The translations under genes were made by a program, and so were the position numbers. Positions 1-14,439 of a stretch of DNA of 64,000 nt are shown here, in pieces; the stretch's first letter is position 1, and the number at the start of each line of letters is the position of its first letter. The DNA is from the human T2T-CHM13v2.0 reference genome, Homo sapiens, in assembly GCF_009914755.1 (NCBI RefSeq), contig NC_060930.1; one strand, written 5' to 3'. The notes beneath the pieces were generated by a model, which saw only the letters and a list, made by a program, of their open reading frames with translations, did no database searches and was not told the origin of the DNA.

Positions 1-3000
1 AACACAGCAGATAGGAGGATTATTTGTAATCCTACATGGCCCAGACTTCTAAGGTTTAAGGCAGTGACAATGTCCTTGATTATCTCTGCACGTTGTAGAC
101 TACAATGTAAAGAGGTGTTTGTGTGGCTACTGATTTTACAAAACTCTACTGTAAACTATGAAGATAGAGAAGAAGCATGAAATAGAAGCAATAAAAACAT
201 GTTCTTCTACTGAAGGAGTTTAAAATCTAGTTTGAGATGCATATTTTTACCTACAATGAAAAAGCCACTCAAATTTAAATAAGTCTTTTAATTTGTAAGT
301 TCAACATGAAGGATACACACAAGGTCAACAAGAAAGGAGACACAACTTTCCTAAGGAAGCTGTTACTGTTCTCATTACTTTTTGAATTGCCTTTAGAATT
401 AATTACAAGGCATGCAGAAATATTTACAAAGTTACAAATCCAGAGTATCATTCAAGTTAATCATCCATATTATTCAGAAAGTTGCTTTGGATAATTCTGC
501 CTACTTCCAAGTATCAAAGCTGCCCTTAATGAACACATAATTACCCCAGCTAAGGGATATCAAATAATTATCACATAAAGTAGTATTCTTTCTAAAAAGG
601 CAGTTCTACCATTTGTGCAATACTTTGTACAATCATAGTCAATTACTTTGAAGAGCAAAACATGTATTTCGTTCTGAAAATTCTAATATGCTTATTTTTC
701 CATTAAACTATGCCACTAGAGAGGCCTATTATATTCTCAAGAAGTGACTTCACAGTGATCACAAACTACTATTATAAAAGTCCTGCATACTCCATGGGAA
801 CTCCAAGTTCACTGTGAGGAAATTTTATCATAGAAAGTACTCTGCTCAAAATCAGCACAAACAAGTCTCCCTGACCAAAAAAAAAAAAGGAGAATGGCTA
901 TTTGTATGTTCACTCATATGTGTCTCAAGCACCTCTGAGATTATTTCCCTTGGTTTCCTCCCATCTCTCCGTAAATCATCTCCTCCTTAATACCTCATTT
1001 AGCCAAAGCTACCACTATCCCCCAATCCCTCATGTCAGAGATCTGACATCCATCCTAGAATCTCATTCTCCCTTATTTTGCCCCATTTCTGATTAGTCAC
1101 CAGTTCCTGTCAGTTTTATCTTCTAGATATTTCTCACCTCTATTCTTTTCTCTTTGTTCCTCATAACTCTGTCCTGGTTCAAGCTCTCATTTATGGAGAA
1201 AGGAGACTGTGTAGAAAAGAATCCTGGGAACTCTTTCTGGATTGCAAAGCAAAGGGTTCACTAGGCCTGTCCCACTGTCACCCCATAGGGACTGCATCTG
1301 AACTCAGCTTCCCACAGGCCAAGTGATTTCCTCTTCTGAGCAAAAGAAGCTGCCATTTCCCACAGCACTTCAAGCTCATAGGTGCTGGGCTTTCCAAAGA
1401 ACCTTGCAAATAACTGATAACTAAACTCAGACTGCTTAGCACCAAAGCAGTCTTTATCCCCAGTCCTTGGGCGACTCCCATACTTGCTCATAAAAGAGAA
1501 GAGCAACAGAGGGGCCCTATGCTTCTGGGGATGCCCTCTGCTAGAGCAGAGACAGTGCAGCCAGCTGAGCTTGGGATCTGTTGCTTCTGTCTGCAGAATG
1601 CTGATGGACTCTGCTCATCTTGCACCTATAATTTCAAACAGCAACTAGTGATTCCACCGTGTGTGTTCCTCTCATATCCCCCCGGACTATTGCCTACAAA
1701 TCTCTCATCCATTCTCAACATCAAAGGTAACATCTAACAGACAGATTACACCAATTACTTTCTGCCTAAAACTTTGCTCTGTAGAACAAGGTCCAAATTC
1801 CTCAGTGTGATATACAAGGTCGTGAATAGTCTAGTTCCAACTTTCCTTTCCACACTTATTTTCTACCATCCCTCCTCGCCTTCATCCACTCCCCACATGC
1901 ACCCACACACCTGCACTATCCTCCACCCTTCCAATCATTCCACAAAACACCAGAAAAACTCACAACTCTGTGCATTTGTCTTTGCCAGAAATAATAATTT
2001 ACACACTGCCACCTTAAAACACAAATTGATACCTTCCCTGACTCCCCTCAGAGATTTGGCCCCTGCCCTCTCTTGTCTCACAACAAAATAACTGTATTGT
2101 AATTCTTCTCTAGACTGAGTTCAGGGACTGTGCCTTGCTGGTCTTGGCTGCCTTTCACTTACTAGAGGGCCTGGCACACAGTGGGCATACTGAATGCCGT
2201 TGAAGAAATAAACAAAGGTATAAGTATATGTCAACTCCTAGATGCATCACCTTGAATATTATTGATGAGCTCTTTTGCCTTATGGCCTCAATGTAGTCAC
2301 TTTTCAATTATCTTCAATATATTATTGCTTGGTGCTGAACAGGTTTCACTGACGAAAAATGTGAAAGCTCTACTACTCTGTAGGCTTTTACGTGCAGAGT
2401 TGTCTCAAGTAAAATCACAGTATTCAATGCAGAATCTCCTCTGAAAAACTCAGCTGCAGCTCAATTTTAGACCCTAAAGTGCATTTTTTAAGTGTACTTT
2501 AAACAATAAATAATACTAATGCTTATAGAATACCAACCAGTAAATTAATATTAATGGTAATAACAATAATAGTTTCCTTTAAAGTAATTGATTGAAGTCA
2601 AGAAATAGCCAAACCAGTTGACATGCAGTTAGAATTTGGTATTTTTCATCAGAAAAACAATTCACTACCAATGACAAATAAGAGTAAGGTCACTAAAACT
2701 ATCTGTCATGCATCTAATGAAGACAGATTCTCTGGCTACCACATATAATATGTAATATTCAAAAGCGCTGCTGTAATTCACAGCTAATTAGTGTCTTGCC
2801 ATTATGAGAGGTGTCGTGGCCCTAACTCTCTTTTCAGATCTACTCAGACCTCACAAGAGCAGACAGCCGTGCAGGGATCACAACAACCCAATTAGCACCC
2901 ACCCAACCTTGGGCTGCTACTTCTCAGCCCACTCAGCATCAATAAATCATGCACCCTCATGAAGCTCTTTTCTGACAGCTCCAAGCCATTGTTGCTCAAG

Positions 3001-3616
3001 GAATAAAGACAATACTTCTAAGGAAACTCAAGTGGGAAAGAAAGAGATAGAAAAGGGATATTTTTTGCCTTCCTTTAGCAGCACAGCAGTCAGCAAAATT
3101 GAAGACCATCAATTCAGACTGATTAAGAAGACAACTGCACTAAGAAATAAATCTAGAGTGGTATATCTGAAGATCCTTAGCAGTAATCAACAGTCAGCAA
3201 TTGGGTTGTTTGTTTTAATGTGGATATATTGAAAGTCCTTTTTCTTTCCTTTCCATTTTTCTCCTGTATAGCCTTCCCTCTGGCTAATAGGAAAAATTTT
3301 CTTTCAGTAGAACATAATGGTATGCATTTACTTTGTCCCCCAGTGAATACATAGCAATCAGATAATTTGTTTAAAAGACTAAATTGTTTGACTTCATTGA
3401 AAAGAAATCATAATGATATGCTGGTCTCTAAGCAAGGCCTGCAGAGCTTCCTAAATCCATAAGCAAGCTCCAGAGTATTCACAGCACATAACAGCCAATA
3501 TCCTTGTAATTTTTTTCTAAGCCTGTAAAGCTGTTTTGTTCCATAACATTCTACTTAGAGAGTATTCTGAACAGTCACTGTAGCCTGGCCATTATTCAAA
3601 GATATAATTCAGGTAA

Positions 3617-4039
<423 letters not shown>

Positions 4040-4396
4040 TAAATAGCTGCCACCTAATTTGACACTTATTGCCAAAGACAAATAAACAATCAGGGATGTA
4101 TTTAAACAAGGAATTCTCTTATAACTCTTCTTATTAAGCATAAAGATTTCAAAAAGATTTTTCTTCCTCTGAATATATTACCATGAAAATACTCAAATAT
4201 TCAACTATTTATCTGTAAGGATGTCCACTGTATCATATTTTATAGCAGCAAAATAATTAAAATGTACAAAATATACAATAAGTCAAATAAATGATGATAT
4301 ACCCATGCAACTTCTAAAAGTAATAGAAGAATATTAAAGGGCATGCAAAAATGTTCACAAGATACTGCAAGACAGAAATAAGAAATATGGAGCTTG

Positions 4397-4793
<397 letters not shown>

Positions 4794-4835
4794 CTAGATA
4801 TAGATAGATTTATAGATATATACACTATTAACAAA

Positions 4836-5289
4836 AGTTAACCTGAAAGAGCCAGTCTTCAAGATGGATCCCAAGTGGCTAACTGGTCCTAAATTTAAAA
4901 TAGAACCAAGGGTCCATTTGCTGATAGAGGTCACACACATACTCTGAGTTTCCTGAAAATCCACACCTCTTTAACTTTGGGACTTTCAGAACTTACTTGC
5001 CTTGGCCAATCATGACTCAGCTGTATCAACCAATCAGGACTCAACTTTGACAAACAATCAAGGTTCAGCTGTATTGACCACTCAGAACTAAGCAAGTTTG
5101 AATCCCTCATTTGCATAAATGAAACTGACTGGGAACCTGGGTAGTAACTTTTCTATGAAATCATAACCCTCCCTTTGTTCTCTGGAATGCATCTTTGTTT
5201 TACACAGAAGGCTGCATCTTCTGGGTCTGCAAATGTCACTGGAATAAAGTCTCTTCTTTCGAATTCCTTTTTGGAGAATTTTGTTTACA
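4836..5289 (+). mobile_element. Solo ERV1 LTR (LTR26-like)
   Basis: Repeated CCAATCA boxes, ATTTGCAT octamer, AATAAA near 5244, ends ...TTTACA; resembles the LTR26 consensus from memory. Confidence 0.65.
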
Positions 5290-5775
5290 AAACATACACA
5301 CACACACAAGTATTTCATTATTTACAAGCTAATGTTTGATGCAGAATCTCTTCTGAAAATTCATTTTCAGAACAGAATTTTTCAAAACAAAAATTGTGTT
5401 TTCTGTGTATGGGGGTATAAGTATGTATGTATATGTATATGTGCATAAAAATATACTTATAGGTCAAGAATTTTTAAAAATCCTGACAGGAAAAGTATTT
5501 CGATATTTAAAATGCATCTTTCGAAAGTCTTATTCTAGATTATTCTTCTTTAAGCTGTTTGCTTATAGAAAAGTTTTTTATGTTTCTTTCATAATGAGAA
5601 AAAAACATTGCTATATGAAATATTCACTTATATCACTTGGATATACAGATGTGGACTGGTGTGAAGTCCCAGCCTGGTGGAGCATCTTTTCTGAGTGGCT
5701 AATGCCCATCCCATATCAGTCATTAGATATTTTGATTATCACCTTGGGTATAAACAACATTTAAGGTAAGTGACA

Positions 5776-6058
5776 GGCCAGGCATGGTGACTCACGCCTG
5801 TAATCCCAGCACTTTGGGAGGCCAAGGGCGGTGGATCACGAGGCCAGGAGATCGAGACCATCCTGGCCAACATGGTGAAATCCCGTCCCAACTGAAAATA
5901 TAAAAACTAGCCAGGCATAGTGGCACGCGCCTGTAGTCCCAGCTACTTGGTAGCCTGATGCAGGAGAATCGCTTAAACCCGGGAGGCGGAAGTTGCAGTG
6001 AGCCACTGCACTCCAGCCTAGCCATAGAGCGACACTCCGTCTCAAAAAAACAAAAAAA
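5776..6058 (+). mobile_element. Alu (AluSc-like) with a small right-arm deletion
   Basis: Full dimer; GAGCC joined directly to ACTGCACTCC; TSD GGTAA(G/T)TGACA. Confidence 0.93.
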
Positions 6059-7286
6059 TGGTAATTGACACATCACACACAATCACATTTCAAGAGTAAC
6101 TGTCAGAACTAGCATACTCTAACCTCTTATCCATGGATTAGGTAGTAGTGAAGTTGAATCCATGTGGTTCTGGAGTACCACATTGTCTCAGTGTCAGCAT
6201 AGTCAGGACCTGAAGTACGGACCCTCGGCAACACCTGCCTCAAAACCACTGCCCTTGCTTCTCTCCAGCTCCAACCCATCTGCCCTGATATTTGGGACTA
6301 CCAGGTGTGGAGAAGGATAATGTGTACCAAATACAGACAGCCTGGCCAGAGTTCAGGTCAGATCAAAGTTCCCAATATATGTGGAATTATGGCCTGCTTT
6401 CATGCGGCATCATGACGGCTGCCCTGATTTCCAGCTCAGTGAGTCAGGCAGACACAATGAGGCAAATGGGCATCATGTTTAATCAGCATTTATTGCAGGG
6501 AAACAGGAATAGAGGGAAGCAAAGCCTCTCCCTCCACAAGGTTCACATCTAATTGGAGAAACAGAATAATACGTATTTAAAGGGGATGATAACACAAATG
6601 ACAGACCTTGACAACACAGAGAACAGAACGGGACAAGAAGAGAGAAAGCCTCATATTTAGAGATGACTTAGTGTAGGGTCTTCAAGAAAAGATATTCTGC
6701 AACCTGGCAATATACCTAAAAATATAGCTTTTTCAAAGCAAAGACATATATTTAGGTACCTGTAACTACTGAGTACATTTTCAGGTCCCCTGTGCTTCTT
6801 TTCTCCTGGGGCAGTGTAAACACGTACTTGATCCTTAAGTGAAAAACTACATTTGACCAAATTTTACATATTATGGGGTTAATCACATATATTTGCATTA
6901 ATCATTTCAATTCGTTTTATGTTTAACCAGCAAAGAGAATTGAAATGCCAGAAGAAGAAAAAAATTATATTGTAGCATGATAATTTTGACAACAGTAGAG
7001 TTTTTGTTTCTTCCTTATCATTTCCCTAAAAGAATCCTAGATAATGCAAAAGTTAGAAACTGTCAGCAGATCCATGTTCTCCATTTCATATCTAGAGCAT
7101 ATATATTTGAAACTGTTTATAGAGACTTCTAGCCATAGACAGTATCTTTTTGGCTAATTTTTATATTACTCTTAAGTAGTTTAGTATTAATTTTGGTGCT
7201 ACTGTAAAGATAAGAAATAAGGCAAATTTTAAATGATCGTGTCCATGTTCACACAGAAAGCTCATGACTGCAGACTCTCAAGCTCA

Positions 7287-7460
<174 letters not shown>

Positions 7461-8654
7461 TTAAGTAACCAATTAACATTCATTTTTTAAGGAGGAAAAA
7501 GCCTGGCAAGATAGTATTCTAATATCAAAAATGTTTGGTATTCTTTAGTAAAACTATTACAGGTATAAATGGTAGCTTCTGACACTTGAGATGATTTTTC
7601 AGAATGCCTGTAACCCACACCAACATTTATTTTTTTTTACCTACAAAGCAGGAATTTGATTATGCCCACTACCACATCACTTCTCACAGCTGTGTTCTGT
7701 CTGAGAGGTCCTGAGCCTTCCCTCTATCAAAGCCAAAGCCCCAGTGTCTGCCTGCCATGTATGTCTGCCATGTCCCAGGCTCTAAAATGACTCATCATCT
7801 CCATCCAACCATCCACTGCTTCCCCTAACACCTCTGAGCTGTTAGGAGGCAAATATTCCAATCAAAGGATCCATGTACTTTATGTTAAAGTACGAAGGAT
7901 TAAAAATATAGTTCTCTGGATATTAGTTCCTTTCTTTTCCCACCTCCACCACTGTCCAACCCTGCCATAAGATGAGATTATTTTGCATATCTAGGAGGAA
8001 TTTATTAATATAAAGGAACATTTAAGCAGTGGAGAGATTATCTGAAAAAGATACATCTGCCCAGGAAATATCCTTTTAGTAATACCTCCACTTCTTATCT
8101 TTTCCCCTCTTATCTTTACCATTCCAGAAATATAAGAGTCAGATACTGAACACACAAGTTCATGAATGCAATCATCATCAACAAGGAATTATGGATCATT
8201 AATATCAAAGCCACTGTCAAATGTATATCATGTTAGTAGAAACCAATGTGTTCTAATAAGAGGAAGCTGAGAATTCCTGCTTTTCACAAATGACCCCTCA
8301 CTGTAGGGCCATAAAAATGGTCATCATCATTAAAGATTTTAGGTAAAACATTGATCTTTTCAGGTAACTTCTTTAAAAATGTAAACACTCCAAGAGAAGA
8401 AATGCAGGCTTAAGGGAAGAAATACAGGCTGGGAGAAAAAAAAAAATGTGTGCTATCAAAATTTAACTTGAATTTGATTGACAGGTAATGGGTATTAGAG
8501 AATGTGAGTGCCCTAACAATGACACAATTGTAAGGCAGTTGGGGGAAGGAATTGAAAAGAGAGACATTAACATATAAATATTACCTTCTAACAAATGCAG
8601 GGTGTTCGTTTATCATTTCCCCAATTATCAAATTGTAAATTACAGTACATTAAC

Positions 8655-9034
8655 TGTATCTGTCAGGATATGCCAGGTCATCTTGGAGTAATGAACAACT
8701 CCAAAAATCTCAGTGGTTTAAGACAACTGGTTTCACTCAGCTCCAGGTCTATTAAGGTACTCAAGGTCATCTGGAGCTCTGCTCGATGTCAGTCTCACTC
8801 AGGGAGTTTCTATCTCCATGCTTCCATGATTGCTGAGCCAGGATTGGAAAATGTGGCGAATCGCAGGCTGGTTCCTAGAGCTTCTATTTAAAGATTCTAC
8901 TCAGGAATGAACCCACTGGCAGTAAGTCTTATAGTCATGTCTAAATGTAAAGAGAGTAGAAACAGCCAATCCCACCATTTCCCAGAAGGTAGAAAATTGG
9001 AAACATTTGGTAGACTACACTAATGACTGCTGCA
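8655..9034 (-). mobile_element. Old MaLR LTR (MLT1K/L-like)
   Basis: TGTATCTGTCAGGA...ACAACTCCAAAAATCTCAGTGGTTTAAGACAAC, the typical MLT1 end. Confidence 0.65.
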
Positions 9035-9149
9035 TTGAGTCAGTATCAGGAGCAAATTGATGTCCATGGACTATTGTTTATGTAACTGAAACCATGGAAG
9101 TCATGGAAACCTTCCAAAGTGGCCATGTAATGAATTCACAGAAAAACAG

Positions 9150-10430
9150 AAATGCATGTTTTTGATTATTGCAGAAACAAGTCAATAGAATACTTGAACA
9201 TAGTAAAAAACTGATACCTAAATATACAAATTAGTGATGAAAGAATGGATGACTCAATAAATAACACTGTTATCATTAATAATCCATATGGGAAAAAAAC
9301 TGATGCTACCTACAGCATACACAATAATTTCACATAGATTAAAGGCCTACTGTAAAAGGCAAACTTCAAAACTTCCTAAGGACATTGGACTAGGGAAGTT
9401 TTCTTTAGCAAGACAAAAACAAAAAGACATACAAACCTTAGGGAAAAGATTGATAATATTTATTACATCACAGTTAAAATCTTCTACACCAACAAGGTCA
9501 CCATGAAATAAAATTTGAATATAAGCCAAAAACCTGGAAAAAATATTTGCAAAGTATATAACCCAAAATAGGATTAGTATTCACATTATGTTGAGACCTA
9601 TAATCGATAAGAGAAAGACAACACAGTAGAAAAATTGGCATAGGATATGATGATGCCTGGATATAATTGGGCAGTTCACATAAAAAGAAACCCCAAATAA
9701 TTAATAAAAATGACAGGAACACGGCCTCTACATGTGCTGGTATTAGTAATATTACATATAAAACCACAATGAAATACTATTTTATACTTTCACATTACAA
9801 TTTAAAATGCTAACATTATTAGGTATTGAGGAAAATGTGAAATGAGCTTTTATACAGTACTAGTGGTAGTACGATTTGGTACAACTAATTTAAGAGCAAT
9901 TTGGCACTATCTGGTAAAGCTGAATATTTGTGTACTACTCAATTTCACTTCTAGACTACATGCTGTATGAGCTCAAGAAGATACACTACAAGAACATCCA
10001 CTAAAGAATCCTGGCATTGAAAATTTGGAAACAACCTAAATGTCCATCACAGGAGAAAAGATAAACAAACAGTTGTAGATATAAAATGAAATACTATGTA
10101 GAAATTAAAACAATGACTGGGCATGGTGGTATGCACCTATAGTCACAGGAACTCAGGAGACTGAGGCAGGAGGATCACTTGAGCCCAGGAGTTCAAGGCT
10201 GTAGTGCACTATGATCGCACCTGTGAATAGCCACTGCACTTCAGCCTGGGTGACATAGAAAGATTCCATCTCTCATAAAATAAATTAAATTTTTAAAAAT
10301 AAATTGTTCAAGGATTAGAGTAAGTTAAAGAATGAAAAGAATGATATATACCATTGTAGTAGCATTTGTATAAAGTTTAAGAAAACACGTTAGAAAACTG
10401 TACCTAATTTTTATGAATACATGCATGTTT
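9150..10430 (+). mobile_element. Old L1M fragment (ORF2 3' end and 3'UTR), interrupted by the FAM
   Basis: A-rich degenerate L1 motifs (AAAACCACAATGAAATAC, GGAAACAACCTAAATGTCCATCA). Confidence 0.7.
10115..10283 (+). mobile_element. FAM (fossil Alu monomer), nested in an old L1
   Basis: Single monomer with the 7SL-derived CTATGATCGCACCTGTGAATAGCCACTGCAC segment. Confidence 0.8.
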
Positions 10431-12292
10431 AGTGAAAGCTAATAAAGTACTCAAGCATTCTTTTAACTCTATTTCCAGAACTGGCAATACTTTTTCACAG
10501 AAATATTTCAAGCAAAGAAGCAATATGGATGAAATATCTTAATCAACTCAATGCATTTTCCTGATTCAAAGTGCATTGATTATGCATCAACACTAAAATG
10601 TTTAAGCAACATATTCATCTAAATATCTCTTTCATTAGTTCATTGCTCTCCATCTTTGCTAGCTCACAGACTGAAAGGCATGAACACTCTCCAGTGAGTT
10701 ATTGGGACAAACCCTTCAATGGACACTACTCACTCATGCTTGCTCTCCAGTCTTTTCAAATAATGTTTTATGAGCACTCTCACATGCTCTTAGTTTACAG
10801 ATGAGGAAACTCAGGCCCAGGGAAGTTTATTAACTTGAGACCGCATGGAGAGGTGATGGTTGAGTCTGAAATTGAGCCAAACTTCTATTTCGCATGCCAC
10901 AGTACCTTGAAGTGTAATGTGAAGAGGATGAGTTGGGAACACTCAGATAAAATATGAACCATTATTTTTGCACCAGGCAAAGGGAATTTAGGATAAAGAA
11001 CACCATGTATTTTGGTCCTCATTTCTTATTTTAAACTAGTAAAATTTGAGCATTTTAACAGTGTCTTAGATAAGAAATAATATACCAAAGCGGTTTTTGT
11101 CCCATATAATTGGTTTCTACCTTCAGGTTGTAAAGCTGAATTAGTATATAAAGTATCATACTCCAAAGATCACTCAGAATGGCATTGTCCTATTAATACA
11201 CTATAATGTTTCTAATCTTCAACCATCCAGGCAATTTAATGGTTTCAATAACTTTCTAGAGGTGACAGTAATGCATATATGTTCAGAAACAATACAGCAT
11301 TTGAAAGTTGGGGCACATAAATTTTAATGCATGTATTTAGAAAATATATAATTTACTTCTAAGTATGTTTTTATTTGAAAAAAATGAAGGGATGATGGTG
11401 CAAAAATAAAAATAAAAGGTTTAAACAAAATATAAATATGTAAGCCTTTACAAGAATTACAATGTATCTAGCAGATTAAGTTCTCCAGAATTATTATTAT
11501 GTCTCCTATATATCATTCTCAAAACTAAATACTCCATTACATAAGTTTTATGTACATATGTTACATTTGTATTTTGGCTAATCAAGTCTATAAATGATGT
11601 GTTTCCTCTGTCCAATATATATATAAGCAGGCAGTTTTTATAAATCAAATGGTTAAAGATAAAGCAATTTTACTACATTTGTAGAAAAACCCTATAGCAA
11701 ATTTTTTTAATCCTCCTTTGTTTCAACAATTTTGGACTTTTGTATAATAGATTGGTACAATTACTTTACAAAGCAAATCACACTAGAATTGAATCCATAG
11801 TAACAATGAAATAAATATAATATTTGACTGAATGCATCAATTCACTTAATTCCTAGAATTTTACTTAGCTGAGCTCTGATCAGGAAGTGAAGAATATAAG
11901 TTTAAAAATGTTTTCTGCATGTAGTGGCATTTATAACATCGTCCTTCATACTCAAAGGTGATGCAATTGCTGTGGACTGCAGTCTCTAGGGCAAGTGCTG
12001 CTGTGGAGACTGATGGATAAACAATAGCTTGTTCTACCCTTTGCATGTGTGAAAACTGTTTCTTAATTTGAGGTTTGAACCATTGGCAGGACTGTCATTC
12101 TGATCAAGTCTGCCTTTTAGAGCCTCTGCTGGCCCCATTCTGGAAGGGCACACACCCCAGGCCCGGATGTCCACCACAGCCATTTTCAGCTCTCTCTTTA
12201 AGCTACAGTTCTTACGTGCAGTAGACAGAGAGTGCTGAGAAGGGATCAAGATATCCTAGGAGTATAAAGCATCACAAGAGAGTCATACGGAT

Positions 12293-12872
12293 CAGTGATC
12301 CTCCAAGTGTGGTCCCTAGATCAGGAGCATCGCATCACATGAAAACTTGTGTTAAAAGAAAAACCTTAGACAAATCAAATGTAACAGAGTTTAATTGAGC
12401 AAAGAATGATTCACAAATTAGGCAGCCTCCCAAGCCAGAGTATGCTCAGAGAGTCCAGTGCAGCCACTTGGTGGAAGATTTATGGACAGCAAAAGGAAAG
12501 TGACTAACAAAAAAAAACAGAAGTGAGAGACAGAAACAGCCGGACTGGTTACAGCTTGATGTTTGCCTTATTTTGAACAAGGTTTGAAGAGTTGGCCCCC
12601 TTTGATTGGCCAAACTCAGTGATTGGCACAAGAGTAGGTTACTGTCTGTTCATACATCCAGTAAGGTTATAGTTTACTATGCACGGAGAAACCTTTAAGC
12701 TGAACTTAAAATATGCAAGGAGACAGCTTTAGGCTAATACTTGTTAGAAATGGAAATTCTTGGGTTTCACTTCATACCTACCAAATCATAAACTCTGGGG
12801 GTGGGCCCAACAATCTGGGGTTTATTAAGTCCCCCAGCTGAATCTAATGTACATTAAATTTGAGAACTACTG
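12293..12872 (+). mobile_element. MER5A-like hAT MITE split by a MER57 LTR
   Basis: CAGTGATCCTCCAAGTGTGGTCCC...AAAACTTG, resuming at TTAGAAATGGAAATTCTTGGG...TTTGAGAACTACTG (CAGTG/CACTG-type termini). Confidence 0.75.
12350..12742 (-). mobile_element. Solo ERV1 LTR, MER57 family
   Basis: Its reverse complement matches the copy at 20636-21023 (AAGTTCAGC.TAAAGGTTTCTC..., TTCAAAATAAGGCAAAC...). Confidence 0.85.
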
Positions 12873-13264
12873 ATGTATAAAAATAGTAAACCAATTAGAA
12901 ATTTGTACAAGGCAGCTGAGAATGTTTGAGTTTGGCACTTACATGCAAAAAAGTATCCAGTAAAATAATACCACAACTACTCACACACACACAGTTTATT
13001 GATATTTTAAAAAATAATCTTTATTGACATACCATGCCATGAAAGATATCTTTATTAACAATAACCAAGAAGAAGATTAAACTCATGATATGAAAAGAAA
13101 TGCTGGAAGAAACAAATGCTTCAATTTGATAAAAACAAACAAAAAATATAATTTCTGTTTTAGATGAAAATAGTATGTAATTTAAGTCTATAATTATGTA
13201 AATTATCAAGTGTCTACCGTATGTAAATTCTGTAACATTAACACAGAAAGATTGTGTTATTTTC

Positions 13265-13320
13265 TGTGTCTGCAGGACATTGTTGTATAAAATGTGTCTG
13301 CAGGACATTGTTGTATAAAA
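13265..13320. repeat. Perfect 28-bp tandem duplication
   Basis: TGTGTCTGCAGGACATTGTTGTATAAAA x2. Confidence 0.97.
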
Positions 13321-13384
13321 AAGGGTAAATTACAAATATTAGGAGTGTTATAGGTTTATTTATATTTTAAAAAATCAACAAACT

Positions 13385-13674
<290 letters not shown>

Positions 13675-14422
13675 CTAAAAATTATATGTGCTTACTTTCC
13701 TGGAGATTAGTGAGAGAATATGAAAGTAATGACAGAGGAGTTTCACTTTTTACTCTGCATTCTTCTCTATAATTTGGATGTTTATAATAACATGTAGTTG
13801 TAGATTACTTTAAAATGTATTTAAATATAAAAAATTAAAAGAGGTCAATCAGGAACATGCTACAAAAATTTACATGTTGTAAAGGTCTGGACTAGAAACT
13901 TTGGCACTTAGAATTGATAGATACAGGAAAAAATCCCAAAGGAATATAAAACAAGTGATTATGAATGAGCAGCGAAACAGATGGAAGAGACGATGTGACA
14001 CCAGGATTTCAAATCTGAATGACTAAAGGACAATATGTCCTGCAACATGTCAGAAGGCAGAGTATAATAACAGTTAAGAGTGACAGCATCTCATTAGGAA
14101 GTTATTTAACCTCTCTATGCCTCAATCTCCTCATTTGTAAGTGAGAATAATAATAATTTCCTTATAGCCTTGTTTCAAGATTAAGAAGAATGCTGCATGT
14201 AAAGTGCTTTATGTCTCGACACATTCATGCTCAATAAATAGTAGAGATTTTAAGATAATTAATTGAAGGCAGATATTATCAATTTTGTTTTAGGCATGTT
14301 GGATTTGAGGTCATGCTGGGACACGAGTGAATATGTGAGCATGACCTTATTTCTTTGTTTGTATTAACAGTTTCATCCCAAGTGACTCTTCTGTCCTGCC
14401 TGCTGTTCTGGACTAGGACATG

Positions 14423-14439
14423 CTGCCACCAGGTGGCAG
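14423..14439. promoter_or_regulatory. Candidate CTCF site (palindromic)
   Basis: CTGCCACCAGGTGGCAG matches the CTCF core CCASYAGRKGGCRS. Motif match only; no binding data. Confidence 0.55.
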
